Origin: Nitrospirota bacterium
GTDB lineage: Bacteria > Nitrospirota > UBA9217
Length of the DNA: 64,000 bases
Direction: 5' to 3'
Assembly (NCBI GenBank): GCA_963818475.1
Contig: CAWFSF010000005.1
Coordinates: 256,001 to 320,000 of the forward strand
In this document: one piece after another, positions 32,728 through 41,739 of the stretch
How the letters are laid out: each line of letters opens with the position of its first letter
Numbering within the stretch: the first letter of the stretch is position 1
Made by a program: the position numbers and the translations under genes
Notes under the pieces: model-generated
What the model saw: the letters and a program-made list of their open reading frames with translations, nothing else
Told to the model about the DNA's origin: nothing
The model's database searches: none

Positions 32728-35700
32728 CTAAGGATTTCTTATAGTCCCATAACCAACGAATAGTTCACCTGCATAACAGCTTGTACATGGTTTATTTGCA
32801 AGTGCTGAATTTAGTCTTTTTCCGGTAAGAGGCGAAATATTTACATTAGGATATTCTGTATTCAAGTATTTAATCCCAACGCCTGAATTACTCGCATCAA
32901 TAAATACCACTGTTGCGTCGTCGGTGGTTGATGGCGCAATTACAATTCCCTCATGACTTAATGGATGATTCGGACCTGTGGTATCGTTGAAGAAAACGAT
33001 GTCGCCGACTAAAGGGGCACGATCACCTACACCACCATTTAAGTTTTGTGTAACTGCAATCAAATAATGATAATAGACACCATTACCATTATAAAGTAAG
33101 CCATATTGTTGCATCAGATTATTGCCGCAATTTGCCCACTCATCTAAGCATATACCTGCTGCCCAATATGCTTTCCGCACCAAACCAACACATTGGCCAA
33201 CCTGCTGATAGCCTTGCCCTAAGAGATCTGCGGCTGTCAAAACGATTGGCTCGCCTTCCTCAAGTGATGCGGCTGTAGCAATTGTATTCCTCGTTTGAGG
33301 ATCAATCCCGTCTTTCACCCATCCAAGTGGTTCTTTATGAAGCTGAACAATTTGCATCCCATCTTTTTTATTCGTACTATCACTACCCGCCAGTCCGCCG
33401 CTGATCATATAGGCACCGGCTCCGGTAAGGGTATCCTTGATAATATATCCCGCCCCGCTCCAGTCATTTATCTGCACGTTCGTCTGAGAGATAGTCACAT
33501 TTTTACCGGCGTTGACTGCATTCTGGACGTCTGTTTTGATATCCGAACTTACCTGTAATGTTGGAAGGATCTGGCTGATGTTTGCTGCATTGATGTGCTG
33601 AATCGGAATCCCACTCGTTGCCGCTGTCTGCAACGCTTTGACAGCCGAGACAGATAAGAATGCATCGATCTTCTCATAGATGTCATGCTCGTAGTACGAG
33701 CCTACCAGCCCATGCACATCCATGTATGCCAGCTCTTTATTCGCGTCCCCATCTCGCGCTGATACGATTATTCCGGTCATCGCAACGTCCATGTTTATAC
33801 CGGACGGCATAGCTGATTTCGGCAAGCCAAATACGCTTGAAACTGTAAGGGTGAATGATGTAATTCCCTCGGAAATAGTTCTAGCGATTACCGTGTTGAA
33901 GAGCTTGGCGCCGGACTTCTGGACCTTATCGTTCGCAAGAAAATAGGTCGTGGCAAGGATAAACAGATGCTCTCCAATCAAATCGTCTGTTCCGAGCGTA
34001 CCGGCTGTTTGCGATAAGACGTTAGTATTCAACTGGTATCTTCGCTTTCCGAGCACATTCTCATTGATCCCCTGAAGGTCCAGCCCAATGGCATAGTACG
34101 CTCCAGCGAGCAGTTTTTTGTCTCTGGTTTCGGTATTTCCGTTCGGCTGCGTAAACCGCATGGTCAAGCTCTGATCCGCTCCAAGAGTTGTGGCTTCTCC
34201 GGTTAGCTCGATGACACCCTCTACACGGAGTACTGGTTTGAGATTCAACATATACGCTGGCACATCATAGATAAAACCTCCATAATTCGCTATCAAGGTT
34301 TCGTCAGTAGACGTCGCAGGTATGTATGAAACAGTGATCCGCTTTCCTGCTAGTTCCGGGGTGGAAGCGCTATATGAGACATTTGAGCCTGTTGCAGGAT
34401 TCGTGAGGGTGAATGCAACTGTTGCCGCCATTTTGGCAGTGATGCTGGCAAATTTCGCCCCTTGAACAACTGTTATATAGGGCAAAGTAGATGGCAAAAA
34501 ATGATATGTCTCTTGCGTTATCTCACGATAGCCTTTCACATCCACGATTGAAGTGTCAGGCATGTTAGCGTCAAGATAGTTTTGAATTTGACTTTGATAA
34601 TAATGCACAGCGTTCTGGTTCTGGACTTGACTGAGATATGCGTCCTGGCTGAACGGCACGGCTGCAGTGATATCAAAACCGTTTGTGTAAGTGTATTGTT
34701 TGAAGCTGCCGTCCATGGGTATCCAGGTTTTGAGGCTATCATCCATCATGGTGCCTCGGTAGTTGCCGTAAGGAATGTAGGTTTCCACCCAAAAATGCTC
34801 CAATCGAAGTGATTTTATCATGCCGCCTGAAATGATCACACTAACCGGCACATTTCCGCTTGCGATAAAGTTAGCCGCAGCCCTGGCATCCGTGAAACCA
34901 CCTACCCAATTCATCGCTTTATCAATCGGCACCTCAATCGTTCCATAAGCATACTTTGCGGGTAAGTTTGATGTTCTGAGTAAGGCAATCAACAGCGATG
35001 CAGTGTCGATATCATTACACTGTTTTGACTGGAGGCACATGTCCGCGCCCTGGATGCTGCCGTAGGTAGGGACAAATTCAATATTATTCTGCACCCATTC
35101 AAGTATTTTGGTAGGTTTGTTGTCAAGTTGGGCCGCGAGGTCTATGATATCCTGGGTGAACTGTACTTCGGGGGTCTCGGCGAGGTCGTCAGCTGTTGGC
35201 GCGTTTTGCGTCAGCGCGATGAGGAATGTTGATGAATCGGCGAAGGTGAATTGCGGAATTGCTCCCTCACCCCAGCCCTCTCCTCGGACGGGTAGAGGGA
35301 GACCAAGAGATATATCGCTGTCCGGCCCGTTGAATGCAAGCTGAACAGATTTACTGGCCAATGTGGAATGCGGAATGCGGGCTGCGGAATCTACAATCCG
35401 TGTGAATTCAGGCTCAAGCGTGGCCAAATTCTTTATCTTTTTTCCCTGTGGGAAGTCTCTCTCGAATTCCTCTTTTTTCAGTCTCGGTTCGCGCGCCTTG
35501 GTTGTCTTCCGCGCACTGAAAGGAAGATTATTCGGATCGAGCTTCTGATGCTTTGACGGTGCTTTGACCTTTGCAAGATGCAGCCTTACCTTTTCTACTT
35601 TGGCCCTGCGGTCTGATTTGGTCTTTGCCTGCTCCACACCGTCGAGGTTTGCCCTCAGCTCTTTCAGATTATCTTCATAGTGCTTTACGAATTTATAATG

Positions 35701-36087
35701 CCGATCGAGGATCTCTTTCGGAAGCTTTGCGTCTTTAAGCTTCTTCTCCGTGGCGCTGAATTCTTTTTTGAACTCGACATCCGCTGATTCGATGTCTGCC
35801 CTTTTCGCCTTGATGGCATCCCGTTCCCGCGTATCGTCCTCGCCCCTGTCTTCTTTATCCCTGACCTTGTCAACATTCTCCCGGATCCCGTCGAGGGCTT
35901 TTTCAAACCGTTCCTCGGGCCGTCCTTGCCCCTTGCTACTTGCTACTTGATCCTGACTGATTCCCGACTTGCGCGCCTCCCGCTCCGCCGCATACGCAAC
36001 CGCCTGCCATAACGGCAAAAAACTCCAGCAAAAAAAGAAAAGCGTAATGGCTGAGATGTTTCTTAAGACACGATGGAACGTCCGCAT
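32728..36087 (-). CDS. Secreted transglutaminase-like domain protein with C-terminal CHAP/NlpC-P60-like domain
   Basis: GGAGG RBS, signal peptide; PTYGSIQGA..CNDIDTASLLIALLR, EHFWVE, WIPMDGS; C-terminal QCVGLVRKAY, PLVGDIVFF, SHEGIV. Confidence 0.8.
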   Translation of the reverse strand: MRTFHRVLRNISAITLFFFCWSFLPLWQAVAYAAEREARKSGISQDQVASSKGQGRPEERFEKALDGIRENVDKVRDKEDRGEDDTRERDAIKAKRADIESADVEFKKEFSATEKKLKDAKLPKEILDRHYKFVKHYEDNLKELRANLDGVEQAKTKSDRRAKVEKVRLHLAKVKAPSKHQKLDPNNLPFSARKTTKAREPRLKKEEFERDFPQGKKIKNLATLEPEFTRIVDSAARIPHSTLASKSVQLAFNGPDSDISLGLPLPVRGEGWGEGAIPQFTFADSSTFLIALTQNAPTADDLAETPEVQFTQDIIDLAAQLDNKPTKILEWVQNNIEFVPTYGSIQGADMCLQSKQCNDIDTASLLIALLRTSNLPAKYAYGTIEVPIDKAMNWVGGFTDARAAANFIASGNVPVSVIISGGMIKSLRLEHFWVETYIPYGNYRGTMMDDSLKTWIPMDGSFKQYTYTNGFDITAAVPFSQDAYLSQVQNQNAVHYYQSQIQNYLDANMPDTSIVDVKGYREITQETYHFLPSTLPYITVVQGAKFASITAKMAATVAFTLTNPATGSNVSYSASTPELAGKRITVSYIPATSTDETLIANYGGFIYDVPAYMLNLKPVLRVEGVIELTGEATTLGADQSLTMRFTQPNGNTETRDKKLLAGAYYAIGLDLQGINENVLGKRRYQLNTNVLSQTAGTLGTDDLIGEHLFILATTYFLANDKVQKSGAKLFNTVIARTISEGITSFTLTVSSVFGLPKSAMPSGINMDVAMTGIIVSARDGDANKELAYMDVHGLVGSYYEHDIYEKIDAFLSVSAVKALQTAATSGIPIQHINAANISQILPTLQVSSDIKTDVQNAVNAGKNVTISQTNVQINDWSGAGYIIKDTLTGAGAYMISGGLAGSDSTNKKDGMQIVQLHKEPLGWVKDGIDPQTRNTIATAASLEEGEPIVLTAADLLGQGYQQVGQCVGLVRKAYWAAGICLDEWANCGNNLMQQYGLLYNGNGVYYHYLIAVTQNLNGGVGDRAPLVGDIVFFNDTTGPNHPLSHEGIVIAPSTTDDATVVFIDASNSGVGIKYLNTEYPNVNISPLTGKRLNSALANKPCTSCYAGELFVGYGTIRNP

Positions 36088-36258
36088 GATTCCTCCACTG
36101 ATAGAGTGCTGCAAAAACACGATAGCGCAACTAAATGCTGAAAATGTGCGTCAGGGTAGCATAGTCTTTGTTACTTGTCACCTGTCAGAAGTGACAGGTG
36201 TGCTGAGCAGTGATAAGGAGGTTCTATGACAGGTGAGACGAAAAAGAAGTGCGCGTTA

Positions 36259-36315
36259 CTTGTATCATGAAGGCGGGTTTAGTGTCAATCACGACGATGG
36301 GGTAATTTCAGACTA
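36259..36315 (-). promoter_or_regulatory. Sigma70-type promoter of the transglutaminase operon with the shared upstream site
   Basis: Minus strand CTGAAATTACCCCAT, 8 bp, TTGACA, 18 bp, (TG)-TACAAG. Confidence 0.55.
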
Positions 36316-36393
36316 ATGATAATCACAACTTTAGAAGGCAGTCATGGCATCAATGATCGATACAGGTGAGACACGTCGCGGTGTTTTCTGCCA

Positions 36394-36429
36394 TAAAAAA
36401 ACCTGAGAATCTGTACGACTCTCAGGTTT
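36394..36429 (-). terminator. Rho-independent terminator of the RND/rhodanese operon
   Basis: Minus strand AAACCTGAGA-loop-TCTCAGGTTTTTTT. Confidence 0.75.
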
Positions 36430-36470
36430 GCGTTTTTTCTGATCCGCTCACGGCGGACCGGTCAGGTGCC

Positions 36471-36668
36471 TCAGCCGCCGCCCCAGGAATGGCCGCCGCC
36501 GATGCTGCAGCTTGAACCCGAACCGGCTGAAGAGAACTTGGATACGAGTTTTTTTGCCTTCTTCTGCTCGCAATAGGGGCAGACCGTATCTTCTTCCTTT
36601 GCGGTGATCGACTGGAGCAGCACGAAATCCTTGCCGCAGGCGCCGCACAGATATTCATAAAATGGCAT
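36471..36668 (-). CDS. FmdB family zinc-ribbon protein (may extend to 36462 through Sec)
   Basis: MPFYEYLCGACG..CPYC..KKLVS with Gly/Ser-rich tail; GGAGG RBS. Confidence 0.85.
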   Translation of the reverse strand: MPFYEYLCGACGKDFVLLQSITAKEEDTVCPYCEQKKAKKLVSKFSSAGSGSSCSIGGGHSWGGG

Positions 36669-36703
36669 ATTCAATCCTCCTTCTGACAAAACTGCACTGA
36701 AAA

Positions 36704-36928
36704 CTAGCATTTACAGCGCTCCCGTGCACCGAAAGCGTAGAGTATAATACTCATGGGACAGAACCCTGTCAAGGCAAAAATCATGAGCATAACGCCCACC
36801 AGGCCCGTAAAGATGAACCATCCCGGGTGTACAAAATACCCCAGGAGCACGCTCCCGAGCACGAAGATCCCGGCCAGCAGCCGGATGAACCGCTCCAGAT
36901 ACCACGTTTTTGTGTCTGCGATGAACAT
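36704..36928 (-). CDS. DUF2892 (YgaP-like) membrane protein
   Basis: ERFIRLLAG, FALTGFCP; GGAGG RBS. Confidence 0.85.
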   Translation of the reverse strand: MFIADTKTWYLERFIRLLAGIFVLGSVLLGYFVHPGWFIFTGLVGVMLMIFALTGFCPMSIILYAFGARERCKC

Positions 36929-36946
36929 GTTGTCACCTCCTGTTGT

Positions 36947-36976
36947 ATTTCGGATTTCGGATTTCGGATTGCGGAT
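36947..36976. repeat. Heptamer tandem array (ATTTCGG/ATTGCGG)n
   Basis: atttcggatttcggatttcggattgcggat. Confidence 0.75.
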
Positions 36977-37038
36977 CAACTTCAATGCCACAGTTTTTAA
37001 TTCGAACCCTGCTACTCTGACCCCTGTACTCCTGTCTT

Positions 37039-37467
37039 TTAAAGGCATGCGAACGGCGCTTTCCTGTCCTTTGATGCGAATCGAGAATAGTTGGGGGACG
37101 TGAAGATGTCCATCATCATGTGCCTGCTTATCACTCCCACGTACTTTCCGTCCTTCACCACAGCGACTACGGAGCAGCAGCTTTTCAGAAGCAGCGAAAT
37201 GATATCCGGGGTCGGCGTTGTTGCCTCCGCGATGATCGGCGCGGGAACCATGATAGCCGAAGCCTGGATACAGTCCAGGTCCCGATCCTCTCTGATCACG
37301 TCCAGAATGGCATTTTCCGATACAACGCCCAGAAGCTTCCGGTCGGCGTCCACGACCGGCATTGCAGCCAGTCCCGACGATATGATCTTCATCGCCACTT
37401 CACGCGCCGTGGTATCCGGCGCGACGCTGATTTTTTCCCGCATAATATGCCACGCTGCTATTGTCAT
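37039..37467 (-). CDS. CBS domain pair protein
   Basis: MPVVD..LLGVVSE and VVKDGKYVGVISR. Confidence 0.85.
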   Translation of the reverse strand: MTIAAWHIMREKISVAPDTTAREVAMKIISSGLAAMPVVDADRKLLGVVSENAILDVIREDRDLDCIQASAIMVPAPIIAEATTPTPDIISLLLKSCCSVVAVVKDGKYVGVISRHMMMDIFTSPNYSRFASKDRKAPFACL

Positions 37468-37548
37468 GTTCTTTCCTCCTTGAATGCTGGGGTCAGGGTA
37501 TTCCCTGCTACTTGACCACTGGCTACTGTGCTCCTTGACCCTGCCTTG

Positions 37549-38290
37549 TTAAAATCTCTCCCACTGCTTCGTATCAGGATTAAAGGCCTCGCTGAAAGCC
37601 GTGACCTCCTGCTGCAGTCCCACGTCGTAGCCCTCGTTCAGCCCGACAGTTGACCAGCATTTTGATCGAGCGAAGCGAGCTCAAACTGTTTCCGGCGATG
37701 CGAAGAGCAAGTTTGTTCGCCTCTTCGTCGAGCGTCTCGGTCGGAACGACCTTGTTCACCAGCCCGATGCGGAGCGCCTCTTCGGCATCAACGGTCCGGC
37801 CGGTGAACAGCAGTTCCTTTGCCCTGCCGATGCCGACGGTCTTGGCGAGCCGCTGTGACGACCCGAAGATGGGCGGCACGCCGAACTGCGCTTCGGGGAA
37901 CGAAAAGACCGCGTCCGCAGCCGCGATCCTGATGTCCGCGGCAAGCGCAAGACCCAGGCCGGCGCCCGTGGTCTCGCCTTTGACCGCGGCGATCACCGGG
38001 ACATCCAGGTTCTCGATGTGTTTGAGCAGGTTGTAGCCCACTTCGGCAAAATGGCCCGCTTCGTCCTTGGTCATTTTGACGAAGCCTGCATAATCGATCC
38101 CTGCTGAGAAATTCCTGCCCCGGGAGGCGATCAGGACCACGCGAAGGTCTGCCTGGGCAGCGTACACTTCGCTTACGGTCTTGTTCAGCTTCGACAGGAC
38201 CTCCTTGTCCAGATAATTGACCGGCGGGTTATCGATCGTGACCGTGCTGATCCAGTCTTTGCATTCTATGGTGACGCATGTGTTTGACAT
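37549..38290 (-). CDS. Enoyl-CoA hydratase/isomerase family protein (frameshift near 37648)
   Basis: IDNPPVN, FSAGID, PVIAAVKG, FPE, ELLFTG..AEEALRIGLVN; shifted frame ends ..SEAFNPDTKQWERF*. Confidence 0.85.
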
Positions 38291-38311
38291 GACGTACCTC
38301 CAAGTGCTCAT

Positions 38312-38405
38312 GGGTGAATCGGTAAAGGGGTGAGTCGGTAAATTGGTGAAGAAGAGGAAGGCTCTTTTCTCCCGATTCACCCATTCACCTATCAACCGCT
38401 TCACC
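38312..38405. repeat. Inverted octamer arrays
   Basis: gggtgaatcggtaaaggggtgagtcggtaaattggtgaa ... cccgattcacccattcacctatcaaccgcttcacc. Confidence 0.7.
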
Positions 38406-38411
38406 GTCTTT

Positions 38412-41400
38412 CTAAGTCGCTTCCCAATGCTTCTTTTCCACCATGTAGTAGAACAGCGGCACCACCACCAGCGTCAGCGCCGTTGACGCCAGCATCCCGA
38501 AGATGAGCGCCAGGGCCAGGCCCGACCAGACCGGGTCGGTCACGATCACGGCGGAGCCGAGGATCGCGGCCGCGGCAGTGAGCACGATCGGCCTGAAACG
38601 GATGGCGCCTGCCTCGAGCAGCGCCTGCTCCAGCGGCAGGCCTTCCTGCTTCTTGTCCAGGATGAACTCAAGCAGCACGATCGAGTTCCTGACCACGATG
38701 CCCGCCAGGGCGATGACGCCGATCATGGACGTGGCGCTGAAGTAGACGTTCGTCATGGCAAAGCCCGGCATGATGCCGATCATCGAAAGCGGGATCGACG
38801 CCATGATGACCACGGGAATGGTGAACGACCGGAACCTGCCGACCAGCAGCAGATAGATCGCGATCAGGGCCACGCCCATGGCAGCGCCCAGGTCGCGGAA
38901 CACGTCAAGGGTCAGCTTCATCTCGCCGTCCCACTTGATCTTGTAACCGTCAGGCACAGGGTGCTTCCAGAGATAGCGCATCATATCGATCACGGCATAG
39001 ACCTGGCTTCGGTCTCCCATCTCGGCGTACACATAGGTCACGGGTTCAAGGTTCTTGTGATGGACGGCCTTGTCCATCTCTGCGGGCACGATCGTTACGA
39101 GCGACGAGAGCGGCACCTGGCTGCCCTGCGGGTTCGAAAGAAAGACCTTGTCCATGTCCGACAGGCCCGTGCGGTCGCTTTTCGACAGCCTGAGCATGAT
39201 CGCCACGGGGTCCTTTGCTGCCGGCTGGTGCAGGGTCGATACTGCCATGCCGGCTACGGATATCCGCAGGGTCTGGACGATCTGCTCCGTCGAGATGCCC
39301 ATGAGCGCAGCCTTTTCCTTGTTCACGATAAGCTGGTACTTCTCCTGCTTCTCCTTCACGCTGTCGTCGATGTCCACGACCTCGCTGGTCTTTGCAAAGA
39401 GCGTCCTGATGTCCGCGGCGATCTCGCGCTGCTTGTCGTAATCGGGCCCGTAGATCTCGGCCACCACCGTGGCGCGGACCGGAGGGCCCGGAGGGTCTTC
39501 AACCAGCTTGATGTTCGCGCCGTATTCCTGTCCCAGCTTTGTGACGGCGGGCCTGAGCTTCAGCACGAGCTTCTCGCTTGAGGTCGTGCGGTCTTCCTTG
39601 TCGATCAGGTTCACGCGGATATCGGCAAAGTGGCTTGCCTCGCGGAACGCGCCTCCCCGGAGCAGTCCGTTAAAGTCCATGACCGAACCGGTGCCCACAA
39701 AGGTCTCGTAGTCCCTGACCTCGGGAATGCGCTGGAGATGGTCGCCGACAGCACGCGCGACACGGTCCGTGTTCTCGATCACCGTGCCTGCCGGCATATC
39801 GATGGACACCAGGAAGGTGTTCTTGTTCGCCTTGGGCAGCATGCGGAACTTCACCAACTGGAACAGGGGAAAGGTCATGGCGACAACAAAAACCACCATG
39901 ATGATGCCCAGGAATATTTTTCGCTTTTTTGCGTTCACCAGCAGCGGCGCAAGCACCTTTTTGTACAGAAGATAGCTTCTCGTCTCTTCGAGCGGCTGCA
40001 TCTTTTCGCCATGATGATCGGCCTTCATCAGCCGGTAGCTCGCCCAGGGCGTCACCACGAAGGCCACCACGAGCGAGACGATCATCGCCACGGGCACGTT
40101 AAAAGGTATGGGCATCATGTAAGGCCCCATCATTCCCGTCACAAAGGCCATGGGGATGAAGGCGAGCACCACGGTCAGGGTCGCCAGGATCGTGGGCATG
40201 CCGATCTCGTTCACCGCCATGATCGCAGCCTGGAGCCGCGAGTGCTGCTGCAGCTTGTAGTGGCGGTGAATGTTCTCGACCACCACGATGGCGTCATCCA
40301 CCAGAAGCCCCAGAGACAGGATGAGCGCAAAGAGCGTGATCCGGTTGATGGTCTGGCCCGCCACCATGCCGATGGCAAGGGTAAGGAACAGGGTCAGCGG
40401 GATGGCAAGCGCCACAATGGCAGCCTCGCGCCATCCGAGGGTGAAGAACAACAGGACGATCACCACGATGATCGAGACCACCAGATGGAACACGAGCTCG
40501 TTCACGGCATCGTTGGCGGTCTTTGCCGTCATTCCTCGTGACCGTGACACTGATCCCCGCAGGGATACTGGTCTTCTTGAGCTCATCGAGCTTGGTCAGA
40601 ATTTCGCCCGAGATCTGAACGGCGTTCAGCTTCTGCCGTTTCGCTAAGGCCACGGTCACAGCAGGCCGTTCGGCCCCGTTGCCCCCGGCCGCGAGGCCCT
40701 CATGGGCATGCGCGCCAAAGGCGATGCGCGTCAGCTTCACCGTCTCTTCGAAGCCGTCTGAGACATCGGCCACGTCGTTCAGATAGACCGGCTTGTTGTT
40801 CGCCACGCCTACGACCGCGTTCTTCAGTTCGCTCGCACTGCTAAAGAACCCGCCGGTCTCGAGGGTCAGTTTTTTGCTCCCCTGCTCCAGGTCTCCCGAG
40901 AGCAGGTTCGCGTTCGACGCCGTGATGGCGCCGGCGATCTGGAGCACCGACAAGCCGTAGCCTGAAGCGCGCAGGGGATCGAGCGTCACGCGCACCTGAC
41001 GGCTCCGGCCGCCGATCACGACCGTGTTGCCCACTCCCGGCACCTTGCGCAGTTCATCGAGCGCATGATCGGCAACGAGCCGGAGCTGCGCGTCGTCATA
41101 GGTTGATCCGGGCGCGGCCGAGAACGTGATTGCCACGATCGGCACATCGTCCACATCAATCGGTTTCACCAGCGGCTGGGATGCTCCCGGAGGCGCGAAA
41201 TCCATGTTGGACATGAGCTTGTCGTAGAGCTTCACCAGCGACCGCTCCTTGTCCTGGCCCACGAAGAACTTCACCGTGACCATGGCCATGGAGTTCATCG
41301 AGACCGAGTACACGTCCTCGACGCCCGGGATCTCCCAGAGCTTTGCCTCGAGCTTTTTTGAAACCAGCTCCTCGACCTCTTTGGCGCTCGCGCCGGGCAG

Positions 41401-41567
41401 CATGACCATCACGTTCGCCGCAGGAACCACGTTATCTGCGGGTTCTCTTCGCGCGGCGTGAACCAGAGCGCGAACAGCCCCAGGATCGTCGTTGCCGCCA
41501 TGAGCAGCACGGTGAGCTGGGAATTGATGAAGTACTGCGTTATCTTGCCGCTGATGTTGAGTTTCAT
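38412..41567 (-). CDS. RND efflux permease (AcrB/CusA family; frameshifts near 41430 and 40530)
   Basis: TPREENPQ, GLLVDDAIVVVENI, GIVVRNSIVL, RFRPIVLT. Confidence 0.9.
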
Positions 41568-41601
41568 TGTTCACACCTTTATATATACTAAAGCCGAAGC
41601 C

Positions 41602-41712
41602 AAATCTTTTGACACTGATCACGGCGGATTTACTTATGATCAAGGCGGATTAAGATCTTGACGTATCAGTGAAAATCATATTTTTATCCGACCTGATCCG
41701 TGTCAAAGATTT
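41602..41712. repeat. Family A-related inverted-repeat element (TTTGACAC ends)
   Basis: aaatcttttgacactgatc ... gatccgtgtcaaagattt. Confidence 0.7.
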
Positions 41713-41739
41713 TTTATATGAGACGTTTCATCCCGAAAT

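Noticed and set aside
23258-36087. Prophage, integrative element or diversity-generating retroelement
   Set aside because: No integrase, phage structural gene, reverse transcriptase, att-like repeat or template/variable repeat pair seen
36439-36465. Hairpin after the FmdB gene as a terminator
   Set aside because: No U tract follows it on either strand; a proper terminator lies just downstream
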